From the NCBI GenBank assembly GCA_046484745.1, contig JAWOIJ010000068.1, positions 68,076-132,075 on the forward strand: 64,000 nucleotides of DNA, written 5' to 3'. Origin of the DNA: Desulfobacterales bacterium. GTDB taxonomy: Bacteria; Desulfobacterota; Desulfobacteria; Desulfobacterales; SURF-7. The notes beneath the pieces are model-generated. The model saw only the letters and a list, made by a program, of their open reading frames with translations, was not told the origin of the DNA and did not search any database. The stretch's first letter is position 1; each line of letters starts with the position of its first letter. This document shows positions 17,600 through 26,061 of this stretch, piece after piece. Made by a program: the position numbers and the translations under genes.

Positions 17600-18567
17600 A
17601 AACCAAATCATGTCTGGCTATCCTTATTCTTTTAACGGTATCTCTCTTGCTGGGTGCATCGATCACTCTGGCAGGACCCTTTGGTGAAATCGTCGTATTC
17701 GGTGACAGCTTGTCGGATAACGGGAATCTCCTGCTGATTGACAACCAGCCTGATCCTGATCCGGAATTATACTGGGAAGGCCGTTTGTCCAACGGACCGG
17801 TTTGGGTCGAATATTTAACCGACCCAGCCCATTTTGACACTACCTTAACCGACCGAGCCCTCGGTGGTGCCCAAACCAATGGATTGATACCGCCGGGGCT
17901 GGTCGAGCAGGTGACGATGCATATCGTGGCGACCGGCCCCCCGCTTTCGCCGAATAACCTGTATGTGATCTGGATCGGAGGAAACGACTTTCTGAACGGG
18001 AATGGGGATTTTCAAGAGGCCGTTGACAATATCAACAACGCCATGACAAACCTAGTCGACAATGGGGCCATGTCTATGCTGATTCTGAATTTGCCCGATC
18101 TGGGTGTCATACCGGACATGCTGGGATCAACCGAAGCACCTCAAGCCACTGCATATTACGTCAACTTCAATGCGGCGCTGGCAAGCATGATCGACATATT
18201 CAGGACCGCTAACCCAGGTATCGAAATCTATGAATTTGACGTCGATGCTCTCTTCCTGGAAGTCCTGAATGATCCAAGCGCCTTCGGCTTTATTAATGTG
18301 ACTCAACCTTCACCCAATTTCAGTGTCCCGAATAATTTTGATGGCGCAGGCTACCTTTTTTGGGATGATATCCACCCGACAACCCATATGCACGCCCTGA
18401 TTGCAGACCGGGTATCTGCCGATTTAAACGCACAACTCCCATCCGATATGCCCGACACCCCTGCGGAAGAGGATGAAAGCTCTTCATGCTTTATACAGGC
18501 AATTGCCTGGGAGTGTCCGTTATCTATCCGGCACGTACAACTCAGATGGATTTTTGGACATCAGTAG
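17596..18567 (+). CDS. secreted SGNH/GDSL-family lipase/esterase
   Basis: It has a signal peptide, block I VVFGDSLSDNGN, the GGND block and the C-terminal FWDDIHPT (DxxH). Confidence 0.85.
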   Translation: MKTKSCLAILILLTVSLLLGASITLAGPFGEIVVFGDSLSDNGNLLLIDNQPDPDPELYWEGRLSNGPVWVEYLTDPAHFDTTLTDRALGGAQTNGLIPPGLVEQVTMHIVATGPPLSPNNLYVIWIGGNDFLNGNGDFQEAVDNINNAMTNLVDNGAMSMLILNLPDLGVIPDMLGSTEAPQATAYYVNFNAALASMIDIFRTANPGIEIYEFDVDALFLEVLNDPSAFGFINVTQPSPNFSVPNNFDGAGYLFWDDIHPTTHMHALIADRVSADLNAQLPSDMPDTPAEEDESSSCFIQAIAWECPLSIRHVQLRWIFGHQ

Positions 18568-18582
18568 GAGACCGAGATAGGG

Positions 18583-18596
18583 GGTCATATATGACC
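18583..18596. promoter_or_regulatory. isolated perfect GGTCATATATGACC palindrome
   Basis: An exact copy of the idealised box of the five-copy module, 100 nt upstream of the ATG at 18696. I see no second box and no -24/-12 element nearby. Confidence 0.4.
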
Positions 18597-18695
18597 CTGC
18601 TTATCTGATTGTTAATGACAGCCCTTCTAACACGAAACAATGTGAAAACTGCAATCAAAAGAAAGTACCAACAACAACCAAGAAAGGAGAAGAAC

Positions 18696-19172
18696 ATGAA
18701 AAAACAAACGCATACGAACCTTATCATCCGTTCCGGTTTTGCCTTGGCTTTGGCCCTGACCATGGTCATTTGGTTTCCTGTCCAATCTCAATCCGCTGAG
18801 CCTGCGAAGGTGACAAACATGACGGAGGCTAACATAATGGAACGATGCCAGGAGATGAAGGAACGGAGACAGAAAATGATGGTTGAAATGAAGGCGCAGG
18901 ACGCCGAACTCACCGCGCAGGTCGCCAAGATGAACAGCGCACCGGAGGACAAAAAGTTAGACCTGATAGCCGCCGTCATCACCCGCATGGTTGAGCAACG
19001 GGCGGTCATGCATGCGCGCAAAGCAGAGATGCAGGAAGAGATGATGCAGCACATGGGGCAACACATGCAGATGGGTAAGGAATCCATGATGAGGTGTCCA
19101 ATGATGAAGGACATGAAGGACATGAAGGGCATGGGCCACAAATCGATGGATACTAAAAAACAAAAGAAATAG
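18696..19172 (+). CDS. periplasmic Met/His-rich helical protein (Spy/CpxP/ZraP-like, one LTxxQ motif), putative metal or envelope-stress protein
   Basis: Trimmed to the ATG at 18696 (AAGGAGA upstream). It has a signal peptide, ELTAQ, and the C-terminus MQHMGQHMQMGKESMMRCPMMKDMKDMKGMGH. Confidence 0.45.
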   Translation: MKKQTHTNLIIRSGFALALALTMVIWFPVQSQSAEPAKVTNMTEANIMERCQEMKERRQKMMVEMKAQDAELTAQVAKMNSAPEDKKLDLIAAVITRMVEQRAVMHARKAEMQEEMMQHMGQHMQMGKESMMRCPMMKDMKDMKGMGHKSMDTKKQKK

Positions 19173-19201
19173 AATTTCATACCACCGCAGGTTGAAACCC
19201 G

Positions 19202-19240
19202 TATGGGAGGCATCTCAAAAAGATAGAGACGCCTCCCATA
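19202..19240. terminator. bidirectional terminator-like hairpin between convergent genes
   Basis: TATGGGAGGC (19202-19211) pairs with GCCTCCCATA (19231-19240). ATCCATTTTGT follows. Confidence 0.5.
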
Positions 19241-19303
19241 TCCATTTTGTCTGGATACTGTCTCGGAAAAAACCGTTCGCCATACCCCTTGGCGGATGGT
19301 TGT

Positions 19304-20830
19304 TTACTCTGGAATAAGGCTCTTAACCGGACCCGCAGCGACAAGATAAAGAAGAGCGGAATTACGGTCCAGGCCGAGTATCTTCCGGATTTCATCATCG
19401 TAGTAGGCGCCGATTCCGCAACACCCGATCTGCAGCGAAGCCGCCCCGAGATAAAGGATCTGCCCCAGCCTGCCGGCAGTCATCATGGCATACCGATAGC
19501 CCCGGATTCCCCATTTCCGGTCGATAAAATTGAGATTGGCCATAAAAAGAAAATGAACCGCTGCATTCTCAAGCCATTCCTGATTCAGGCAAGCCGCGGC
19601 CGCGGAACCGGTCAACCTTCCGGTTTCAACCAGACCGGTTTTTCGATTCAACGGGTCCAGCAGATGGAAGCCGGGCTGAAAGCCGCTGATATCATTCACC
19701 AGAAATCCGATCTGAAGGGATGCTGAACACAATCTCTTCTCTTCGTGACGGGAGTACGAACTGCAGATCAGATCCAGCAGGGTTTCAAGATCCTCTCCCT
19801 GCATGGCTCTTTTCACGAAATTGCGCCTTGATCTTCGCCGAAAGAGGACTTCCGGATATCCAGGACCGGATGACTTTTTCCTTCCCTGTGTTATCTCCTT
19901 CCAAATTCTGGAAGATATCCCAACACTCTTTTCAAAACCGGACTCCGTTTCCGGATGACTGGAAGGGTCTATCCCGCCCCAATGCGTTTCTTCAATCTCC
20001 GGATACACCATTTCCTTACCGGAAACCCGACTCGCCTCAACAACCTCATTTGGCAAGGGGAGCAGCTCCTTTTCCATTTCACGCACCTCTTTGGATTGTC
20101 CGGCATAGACATTCACATATGCAAGACAGGCTTCCTGTCGGATATCGATTCCAATCAGGTCAGACACCATCAAATCATTGAAATCATAATGAAATAAAAA
20201 TGGAAACCTGAAATGTTTCAAAGAAAGAATCAAATTTTCAAGCAGGTGGCCCGCGTCCAGAAGCACATATCGGTATGCCCTTTTCCGATATTTCCAGGCA
20301 CTCCTAAAAAAAATACCGGTAATAAAAAAAGTGGCGGCCAGGTCATCCTTTTCGGAAAAGCCGGCAGCTTTTGCCGTAAAACTTTTTACATTCTGCCTCC
20401 GAAGCGGCACAAGCTGCCTTTTCATAAGGTTATGGTGATACAGTCCCGGTTCGAGGTCCGAAACATCGTGAGCAGCCAGATAGATCTCGTTTGGATAGAG
20501 CGCCCCGGCAGAGGCCGCGCTTCGGTAATAAAAATCCTGGCCTGGATACCGGACCTTTGCCGTTAAACAGTTCGTCAGTTCCAAAACACCGGCAAGCTTC
20601 TCGATACTGAAATCCGATCGAGAGATTCCCGCCTCCTTCAATCCGGACAACTGCCAAAGGTCCTGTTGATCGAGGCCTCCCACCTCCGGAAGAGGGACCG
20701 GTTCAACCCCCTCATACACCTTGTAAACAGAAGGCTGATTCTCCCAGTCAAGAGGATGGCCTCCCAGTGTGTGCCGATCATATTCCGTGGCACGATGATA
20801 GTCTTCAGCGGAGTGAATCATATCGGCCAT
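19304..20830 (-). CDS. SagB-type dehydrogenase / double nitroreductase-fold protein
   Basis: Trimmed to the ATG at 20830 (AGGAGGG upstream). The N-terminus is EDYHRATEYDRHTL. Two nitroreductase-like halves are present (RSAASAGALYPNEIY; YRYAMMTAGRLGQILYLGA). Confidence 0.7.
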   Translation of the reverse strand: MADMIHSAEDYHRATEYDRHTLGGHPLDWENQPSVYKVYEGVEPVPLPEVGGLDQQDLWQLSGLKEAGISRSDFSIEKLAGVLELTNCLTAKVRYPGQDFYYRSAASAGALYPNEIYLAAHDVSDLEPGLYHHNLMKRQLVPLRRQNVKSFTAKAAGFSEKDDLAATFFITGIFFRSAWKYRKRAYRYVLLDAGHLLENLILSLKHFRFPFLFHYDFNDLMVSDLIGIDIRQEACLAYVNVYAGQSKEVREMEKELLPLPNEVVEASRVSGKEMVYPEIEETHWGGIDPSSHPETESGFEKSVGISSRIWKEITQGRKKSSGPGYPEVLFRRRSRRNFVKRAMQGEDLETLLDLICSSYSRHEEKRLCSASLQIGFLVNDISGFQPGFHLLDPLNRKTGLVETGRLTGSAAAACLNQEWLENAAVHFLFMANLNFIDRKWGIRGYRYAMMTAGRLGQILYLGAASLQIGCCGIGAYYDDEIRKILGLDRNSALLYLVAAGPVKSLIPE

Positions 20831-20831
20831 T

Positions 20832-21059
20832 TCAGCCGCCCTCCTGCTGCGGCCACTCCATATCATGGTGTTCCTTCACAAAATAACAGAAACGGTTCCA
20901 TTCAAACTCCCTGAAGGATATGGGGCACCGGAGCTTGACCTTGCTTTCGCTGGTTCCGATAACCTCCCAGTCTCCCCTGCGCGGGCCGTCGTCAATATGT
21001 ATTTTCTGTCCGGTTTTAAAGGGATAGGGTTTGAATCTTGCCACATCGTGTTTTGCCAT
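20832..21059 (-). CDS. hypothetical 75-aa protein, tightly coupled upstream of the SagB-type gene
   Basis: Its stop at 20832 abuts the SagB-type start at 20830. I recognise no family. Confidence 0.5.
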   Translation of the reverse strand: MAKHDVARFKPYPFKTGQKIHIDDGPRRGDWEVIGTSESKVKLRCPISFREFEWNRFCYFVKEHHDMEWPQQEGG

Positions 21060-21224
21060 CTTCCATCTCCTTATATGGATTCATAATGAATTCAATCCGG
21101 TCTGTTGCCGCGATTTTCGATGCTCCGGGTGTTACCCTGTTTGCCTCATCAACATCAGGAGCAGATATGATCATTGTAAAATAAACTTTAGCATGGTAAA
21201 AAAAATAAATCCAACACCTTCCTG

Positions 21225-21240
21225 TGGCACACATTTTGCT
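21225..21240 (+). promoter_or_regulatory. canonical sigma54 -24/-12 promoter (TGGCACACATTTTGCT)
   Basis: An exact TGGCAC-N5-TTGCT, 70 nt upstream of the HdrC-like start. Confidence 0.6.
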
Positions 21241-21309
21241 CTGCATATTGATAAAATTAAAATTGTACATGACCGGAAGCAGATCAACAATCATGTTTTG
21301 GAACAGCTT

Positions 21310-21855
21310 ATGATATTATTAAAAAAATCCGATTTTTTTAAGGAGGTCGTTCAAAAAACCGGGGACAACTTCATGCGATGTCTTCACTGCAAGACCTGCG
21401 CAAGCGGGTGCCCGGTAGGGGATGCCATGCCCAACCGGCCAAATGGCATCATTCGTCTCATACAATTCGGATTTAAAAAAGAAGCTCTGGAATCGACCGA
21501 TATATGGCTTTGTATGGGCTGTAACACATGCTCAACAGCATGTCCGCAGGCAATTGATATTGCGGCTGTCATGGATGCGCTTCGAGAAATCGCCATCACC
21601 GAAGGGGTTGAAATCGCTGAACCGAAAATTTTAGACTTTCATCAGGCGGTCTTAAGCTCGATCCAGCGCTACGGACGAACCCACAAACTGGAAATTATGC
21701 TGAGATACAAACTGAAACAGCGGGATCTGTTTTCTGACATGGATATCGGACTCAGGATGCTGGCAAAACGCAAACTGGATCTATTGCCTTCAAAAATCAT
21801 CCAGTCCGAGTCTATCCGAAACCTTTTTAACGAATTCGGAGCAAAGATGCCGTGA
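21310..21855 (+). CDS. heterodisulfide reductase subunit C-like (2x[4Fe-4S]) protein
   Basis: CLHCKTCASGCP and CMGCNTCSTACP motifs. The start at 21310 is chosen by the HdrC-like N-terminal length but has no obvious RBS, so it is uncertain. Confidence 0.7.
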   Translation: MILLKKSDFFKEVVQKTGDNFMRCLHCKTCASGCPVGDAMPNRPNGIIRLIQFGFKKEALESTDIWLCMGCNTCSTACPQAIDIAAVMDALREIAITEGVEIAEPKILDFHQAVLSSIQRYGRTHKLEIMLRYKLKQRDLFSDMDIGLRMLAKRKLDLLPSKIIQSESIRNLFNEFGAKMP

Positions 21856-22703
21856 AAAAAAAAGACCTCATCGACATATCCTATTTTCCCGGATGCTCTC
21901 TTGCTACAACAGCCAGAGAAAACAACCAGTCCCTCCAGATGGTAAGTGAACATATGGGGTTTCGTCTGATTGAACTCAGCGACTGGAACTGCTGCGGGAG
22001 TTCTTCTGCTCATAGCATCAACTCCGATCTGGCTTTTCATTTAGCGTGCCGCAACCTTTCATTGGCTCCAAGCAACAGGCCGCTTCTGGTGGCCTGCCCG
22101 AGCTGCATCCTGCGCCTGAAATCAGCATATAATCACTTAACAACCGATGAAAACGCCCAGCAGGATTATGCGCGAAGGTGGGGACGACCAGTTGATTTTA
22201 AACTTGAAATAATTCATTTTTTTGAAATCATGGCGGACATTCATCTTACGAATACAGAAAAAAAAGGCTCGCTCAACGGGCTTCGATTTGTCCCTTACTA
22301 CGGATGCATGCTTGCCCGGCCGCCGGCGCTGAGGTTTGAAAAAAACTACTTTGGCCTGATGGAAAACCTGCTGGAATCCTGCGATGCCGAGAAGGTTTTC
22401 TGGAATCATACATCCAGATGTTGTGGCACGTTTTTGTCGGTCGCCAAACCGGATGTCGCCACGTCCATGGTCAACCGGATCATGCAGGGCGCAGTTGATG
22501 CCAACGCTGAATGCATTGTAACCGCATGTGCCATGTGCCATATGAACCTGGAAATCCGGTGCAGCCTGAAAAAAAAACTGCCGATCTTCCATTTCTCGGA
22601 ACTTCTGGCAATCGCTTACAACATACCGATTCGAAAAGAATGGTTTACAAGGCATCTGATCGATCCGTATCCGATATTACAGACCAGACGAATTGTAACA
22701 TGA
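21852..22703 (+). CDS. heterodisulfide reductase subunit B-like (two CCG domains)
   Basis: YFPGCSL, WNCCGSS and SRCCGTF are the CCG-domain signatures. It overlaps the upstream stop by 4 nt. Confidence 0.75.
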   Translation: MKKKDLIDISYFPGCSLATTARENNQSLQMVSEHMGFRLIELSDWNCCGSSSAHSINSDLAFHLACRNLSLAPSNRPLLVACPSCILRLKSAYNHLTTDENAQQDYARRWGRPVDFKLEIIHFFEIMADIHLTNTEKKGSLNGLRFVPYYGCMLARPPALRFEKNYFGLMENLLESCDAEKVFWNHTSRCCGTFLSVAKPDVATSMVNRIMQGAVDANAECIVTACAMCHMNLEIRCSLKKKLPIFHFSELLAIAYNIPIRKEWFTRHLIDPYPILQTRRIVT

Positions 22704-22784
22704 GCGTATGGAAGTTGTCCGGGATAAAAAGATGGCGGTAGATCAGAGAGTTTTGAATATATAAAACACCTTACAAAAAAGTTT

Positions 22785-23258
22785 TTATTTGAAACCCGAT
22801 AATTTCTTTCCGATAATTTTAATATGCTCCATTTCCTCTTTGATAATATCATCCAGCCGTGTTTTTCCCAGCTTTTCGGGCACCAAATCTTTCATCCCCA
22901 GATAAAAAACAATGGAATCTTTTTCCGCTGTCAGCGCTTCCTTGAAAATTTCCTTCATGGAAGTGACATCGACCTCCTTTTTGAAGAACACCCTGGTATC
23001 GACCAGGGCGCGAAGGTAAAGTATCGCGTCGTCCTGAGGATCAAAAACAGTGGTTTCCTTTTCTTTTCCCGTCAGCTCCAAGCGCATGGCAGCAAATGTT
23101 TTTTCATGTTCATCTTCCATTTCAGCCAGTTGCATCAGCATCTTTCGGTTCTGATCCTCTGTTGCAGCTTCTGCCGCTTTCCGGTAAAAGGCAGCGCCAT
23201 TTTTCTCCATCTGTTCGGCCATTTCAAAAATTTCATCCGCGTTAAAATCGTAACTCAT
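22785..23258 (-). CDS. ferritin-like diiron protein (rubrerythrin family, no rubredoxin domain)
   Basis: 157 aa. ExxH pairs (EMEDEHEKTF; EEMEHIKII) sit in a four-helix-bundle pattern. Confidence 0.7.
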   Translation of the reverse strand: MSYDFNADEIFEMAEQMEKNGAAFYRKAAEAATEDQNRKMLMQLAEMEDEHEKTFAAMRLELTGKEKETTVFDPQDDAILYLRALVDTRVFFKKEVDVTSMKEIFKEALTAEKDSIVFYLGMKDLVPEKLGKTRLDDIIKEEMEHIKIIGKKLSGFK

Positions 23259-23297
23259 TTTGCAACATCCTTTTCCCTGAATATTATTCTGTAAATC

Positions 23298-23320
23298 TAT
23301 AGGTATGGTTACTACCTATA
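23298..23320. promoter_or_regulatory. inverted repeat TATAGGTA-N7-TACCTATA upstream of the rubrerythrin-like gene (candidate operator)
   Basis: Perfect 8-bp arms at 23298-23305 and 23313-23320, 40-60 nt upstream of the ATG at 23258. Confidence 0.35.
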
Positions 23321-23449
23321 AAGTATTGCACCAATTGTAAAGAAAATTTTAAACAGGACAGAAAGCCCATCCGCATGAAATTATCTATATTTCAAATCCA
23401 ATGTATCAATCTCAATATTCCGGCTGCAGCTCCAATGACGGTTCAACCG

Positions 23450-24328
23450 TTACAATCCAATCCGGTACTTCTTGTTAAATTCAAGAGGGTGATAGGACAT
23501 CTTTGCCTTGCGCAAGCCCTCGTCACCAAGATCCTGCTCGCGGTTTACCCGCTTGTAATCCCATTTTCCATGTTCCAGGAAAAGCTGATTGATTGCCTGA
23601 TAAACCCCCTTGTATTCCGAATCCCCTTTTTCAAAATGAATCAAGAGCGTATCATCGTCAAGGCCCTCGGCAACCGTATAGGCGATCAGTTTGTCATCGG
23701 TCAGAATTGCGCCGCCATGAATCCCGTCCAGTTTTTCCCAATCGTTTAACACTCTCGCAATCACGCGATTTTCTGCCGCGAGAGCTTCGACTGACTCACA
23801 GTCTCGCCACGTGCACCAGCTTTGCTGCATTGCAAGGGCTTTCCCGATAATATCCGTGTTCAAGGGGGAAAATTGAAATTCGATTTTTTTCGTGAACTGA
23901 ACCAGCAAATTTTTTTTCTTGTGAAAACGGTTTCCCTTCAACTCAACCAGCTCATTCAAATCATAAATATAATCCCAGTGTTCTCTTGCCTCCTGAACGG
24001 ACAGGGGGCGATCAATATTTTTTTCCCAGAGAGCAAGCAGGTTCTCCGGGACCCGAATAAAAGTTGAACTCATACCCGGAAATTCCATCAGGCGCCGGTT
24101 CCAGTCCACCATATCCCAGAACCCTACCGGAGCCCAATATTGAACAGCCGGTCTCATCTGTTTGATCCAGACCAGCTTTTCCGTCCACGCCCAGGAAAGA
24201 CCGTATTCCTCGGCCCATCCCCATAAATTTATAAAACTGTAATCCGAAGTTTTCTGCGGACATCCTTCAAAATATTTCAGATATTCAGCCTGTCCATCCA
24301 GGCTTATGGGTTCAAAATTTAATAACAT
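23450..24328 (-). CDS. DUF2156 (lysyl-PG synthase C-terminal-like, GNAT fold) protein
   Basis: 292 aa. Recognised from the N-terminal SDYSFINLWGWAEEYGLSWAW pattern and its length. Confidence 0.55.
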   Translation of the reverse strand: MLLNFEPISLDGQAEYLKYFEGCPQKTSDYSFINLWGWAEEYGLSWAWTEKLVWIKQMRPAVQYWAPVGFWDMVDWNRRLMEFPGMSSTFIRVPENLLALWEKNIDRPLSVQEAREHWDYIYDLNELVELKGNRFHKKKNLLVQFTKKIEFQFSPLNTDIIGKALAMQQSWCTWRDCESVEALAAENRVIARVLNDWEKLDGIHGGAILTDDKLIAYTVAEGLDDDTLLIHFEKGDSEYKGVYQAINQLFLEHGKWDYKRVNREQDLGDEGLRKAKMSYHPLEFNKKYRIGL

Positions 24329-24369
24329 ATGGCATACAAGAAACCGGTTCCGCTGTATTGAAATCCATT

Positions 24370-26025
24370 TTATGATTTTTGCGCGGCATCATATAAAAAC
24401 AATCCACCGCTGAGATTTTTTACGGTAAAGCCGTTTTGGACAAGAATACGATATGCGAGGTATCCCCTGTATCCCACCGCGCAGTATACAATATAGATTT
24501 TATCCCGCCGCAGCTCGTGAATCCGGTCCCGCAACTGATCCAATGGAATGTGCAGGGAGCCTTCAATCATGCCTGTCTCTTGCAGTTCCCCTGCTGTTCG
24601 AAGATCGACAAGCACGGTTTCATCGTCTTCAACAGTTTCCAACTCATGCCAGTGCGCGACCTCGACATCGCCTTTCAGCATGTTGGATGCCACAAATCCG
24701 GCGATATTGATCGGATCTTTTGCGGATGAATAAGGAGGCGCGTAGGCAAGCTCCAGTTTTTCAAGGTCATACACCGTCATGCCGCCATGAATCGCCGTTG
24801 CGAGGATATCAATCCGCTTGTCAACTCCTTTTCCCCCGACAATCTGTCCTCCCAGTATTTTTCCGGTCTCCGGAGAAAAAATGATTTTTACGGCCATCAT
24901 CTCCACGCCGGGATAATAGGAAGCATGGGAACCGGAAAAGGTATAACTTTTCAAGCAGGGAATCTTCTTTGCTTGAAGCTTTTTTTCACACTGGCCGGTT
25001 GCGGCGATGGTTTTATCGAACAATTTGACCACAGCGGTCCCCATGGTGCCCTCGTAAACCGCTTTTCTCCCCATGATATTGTCCGCGGCGATTCGCGCCT
25101 GTTTGTTGGCAGGCCCCGCAAGAGGTAAAATTCCGACTGAACCGGTTATGAAATCTGTTGTTTCAACCGCGTCCCCGACAGCATAAATATTCGGATCGGA
25201 TGTTCGCATGGTTTCATCAACCTTGATTCCGCCGCAGTTGCCGATTTCCAGCCCGGCCTGCCTTGCAAGTGCGGTCTCCGGGCTTACGCCGATAGACAAT
25301 ATCACCATGTCACAGACGATATCATCCCCCTTTTCCATTGAAACGATGATTCTGTCTCCATTCCGGCCAAACGCTGTGACCCTGTTTCCTATCTCCAGCG
25401 AAATGCCGCCTTCACGCAAAAACCCGTGAACCATTGCGGCCATCTCCGGATCAAAAGGCGCCATGACCTGATTCAACATTTCAACGATGGTTGTTCTGAC
25501 GCCTCTTTTTGTAAGATTTTCCGCCATCTCCAGCCCGATAAAACCGCCTCCTACAACAACGGCGGACTCCGGCTTTCTGAGATCGACAAAACCTTTGATG
25601 TTGTCCATATCCGGAATGTCGCGAAGGCAAAAAATATTTTCCTGGTTCACGCCTTCTATCAGCGGTCTTATCGGAACAGCCCCGGGAGAAAGCAGAATCC
25701 TGTCATAACTCTCCGTGTAGATCCTCCCTTCCCTGCTCTCTTTTACTTCCACGGTTTTGTTCTTCCGGTCGATTGAAAGCACTTCGCTGAAGGTTCGAAC
25801 ATCGACATGATAATGCGCTTTAAACTCCCCGGCAGTCGTTACCAGCAGATCATCACGATCTTTTATGCTTTCCCCGATATAATAAGGCAGTCCGCAATTT
25901 GCAAAAGAGATGAATTCTCCTCTTTCAAAAATAATGATCTCGGCTTTTTCGTTCAGTCTTCTGGCTCTAGCTGCTGCCGTTGCTCCGCCGGCCACTCCTC
26001 CAACGATTAAAAGCTTAACAGACAT
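24370..26025 (-). CDS. CoA-disulfide reductase / NADH oxidase fused to a rhodanese domain
   Basis: GGVAGGATAAARARR is followed by SFANCGLPYYIG, the active-site Cys of CoADR/Nox. The C-terminal rhodanese domain has YCAVGYRG. Confidence 0.85.
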   Translation of the reverse strand: MSVKLLIVGGVAGGATAAARARRLNEKAEIIIFERGEFISFANCGLPYYIGESIKDRDDLLVTTAGEFKAHYHVDVRTFSEVLSIDRKNKTVEVKESREGRIYTESYDRILLSPGAVPIRPLIEGVNQENIFCLRDIPDMDNIKGFVDLRKPESAVVVGGGFIGLEMAENLTKRGVRTTIVEMLNQVMAPFDPEMAAMVHGFLREGGISLEIGNRVTAFGRNGDRIIVSMEKGDDIVCDMVILSIGVSPETALARQAGLEIGNCGGIKVDETMRTSDPNIYAVGDAVETTDFITGSVGILPLAGPANKQARIAADNIMGRKAVYEGTMGTAVVKLFDKTIAATGQCEKKLQAKKIPCLKSYTFSGSHASYYPGVEMMAVKIIFSPETGKILGGQIVGGKGVDKRIDILATAIHGGMTVYDLEKLELAYAPPYSSAKDPINIAGFVASNMLKGDVEVAHWHELETVEDDETVLVDLRTAGELQETGMIEGSLHIPLDQLRDRIHELRRDKIYIVYCAVGYRGYLAYRILVQNGFTVKNLSGGLFLYDAAQKS

Positions 26026-26061
26026 GGTCCTCCTTTTTCTTACGAACCGAATTCAACACAG

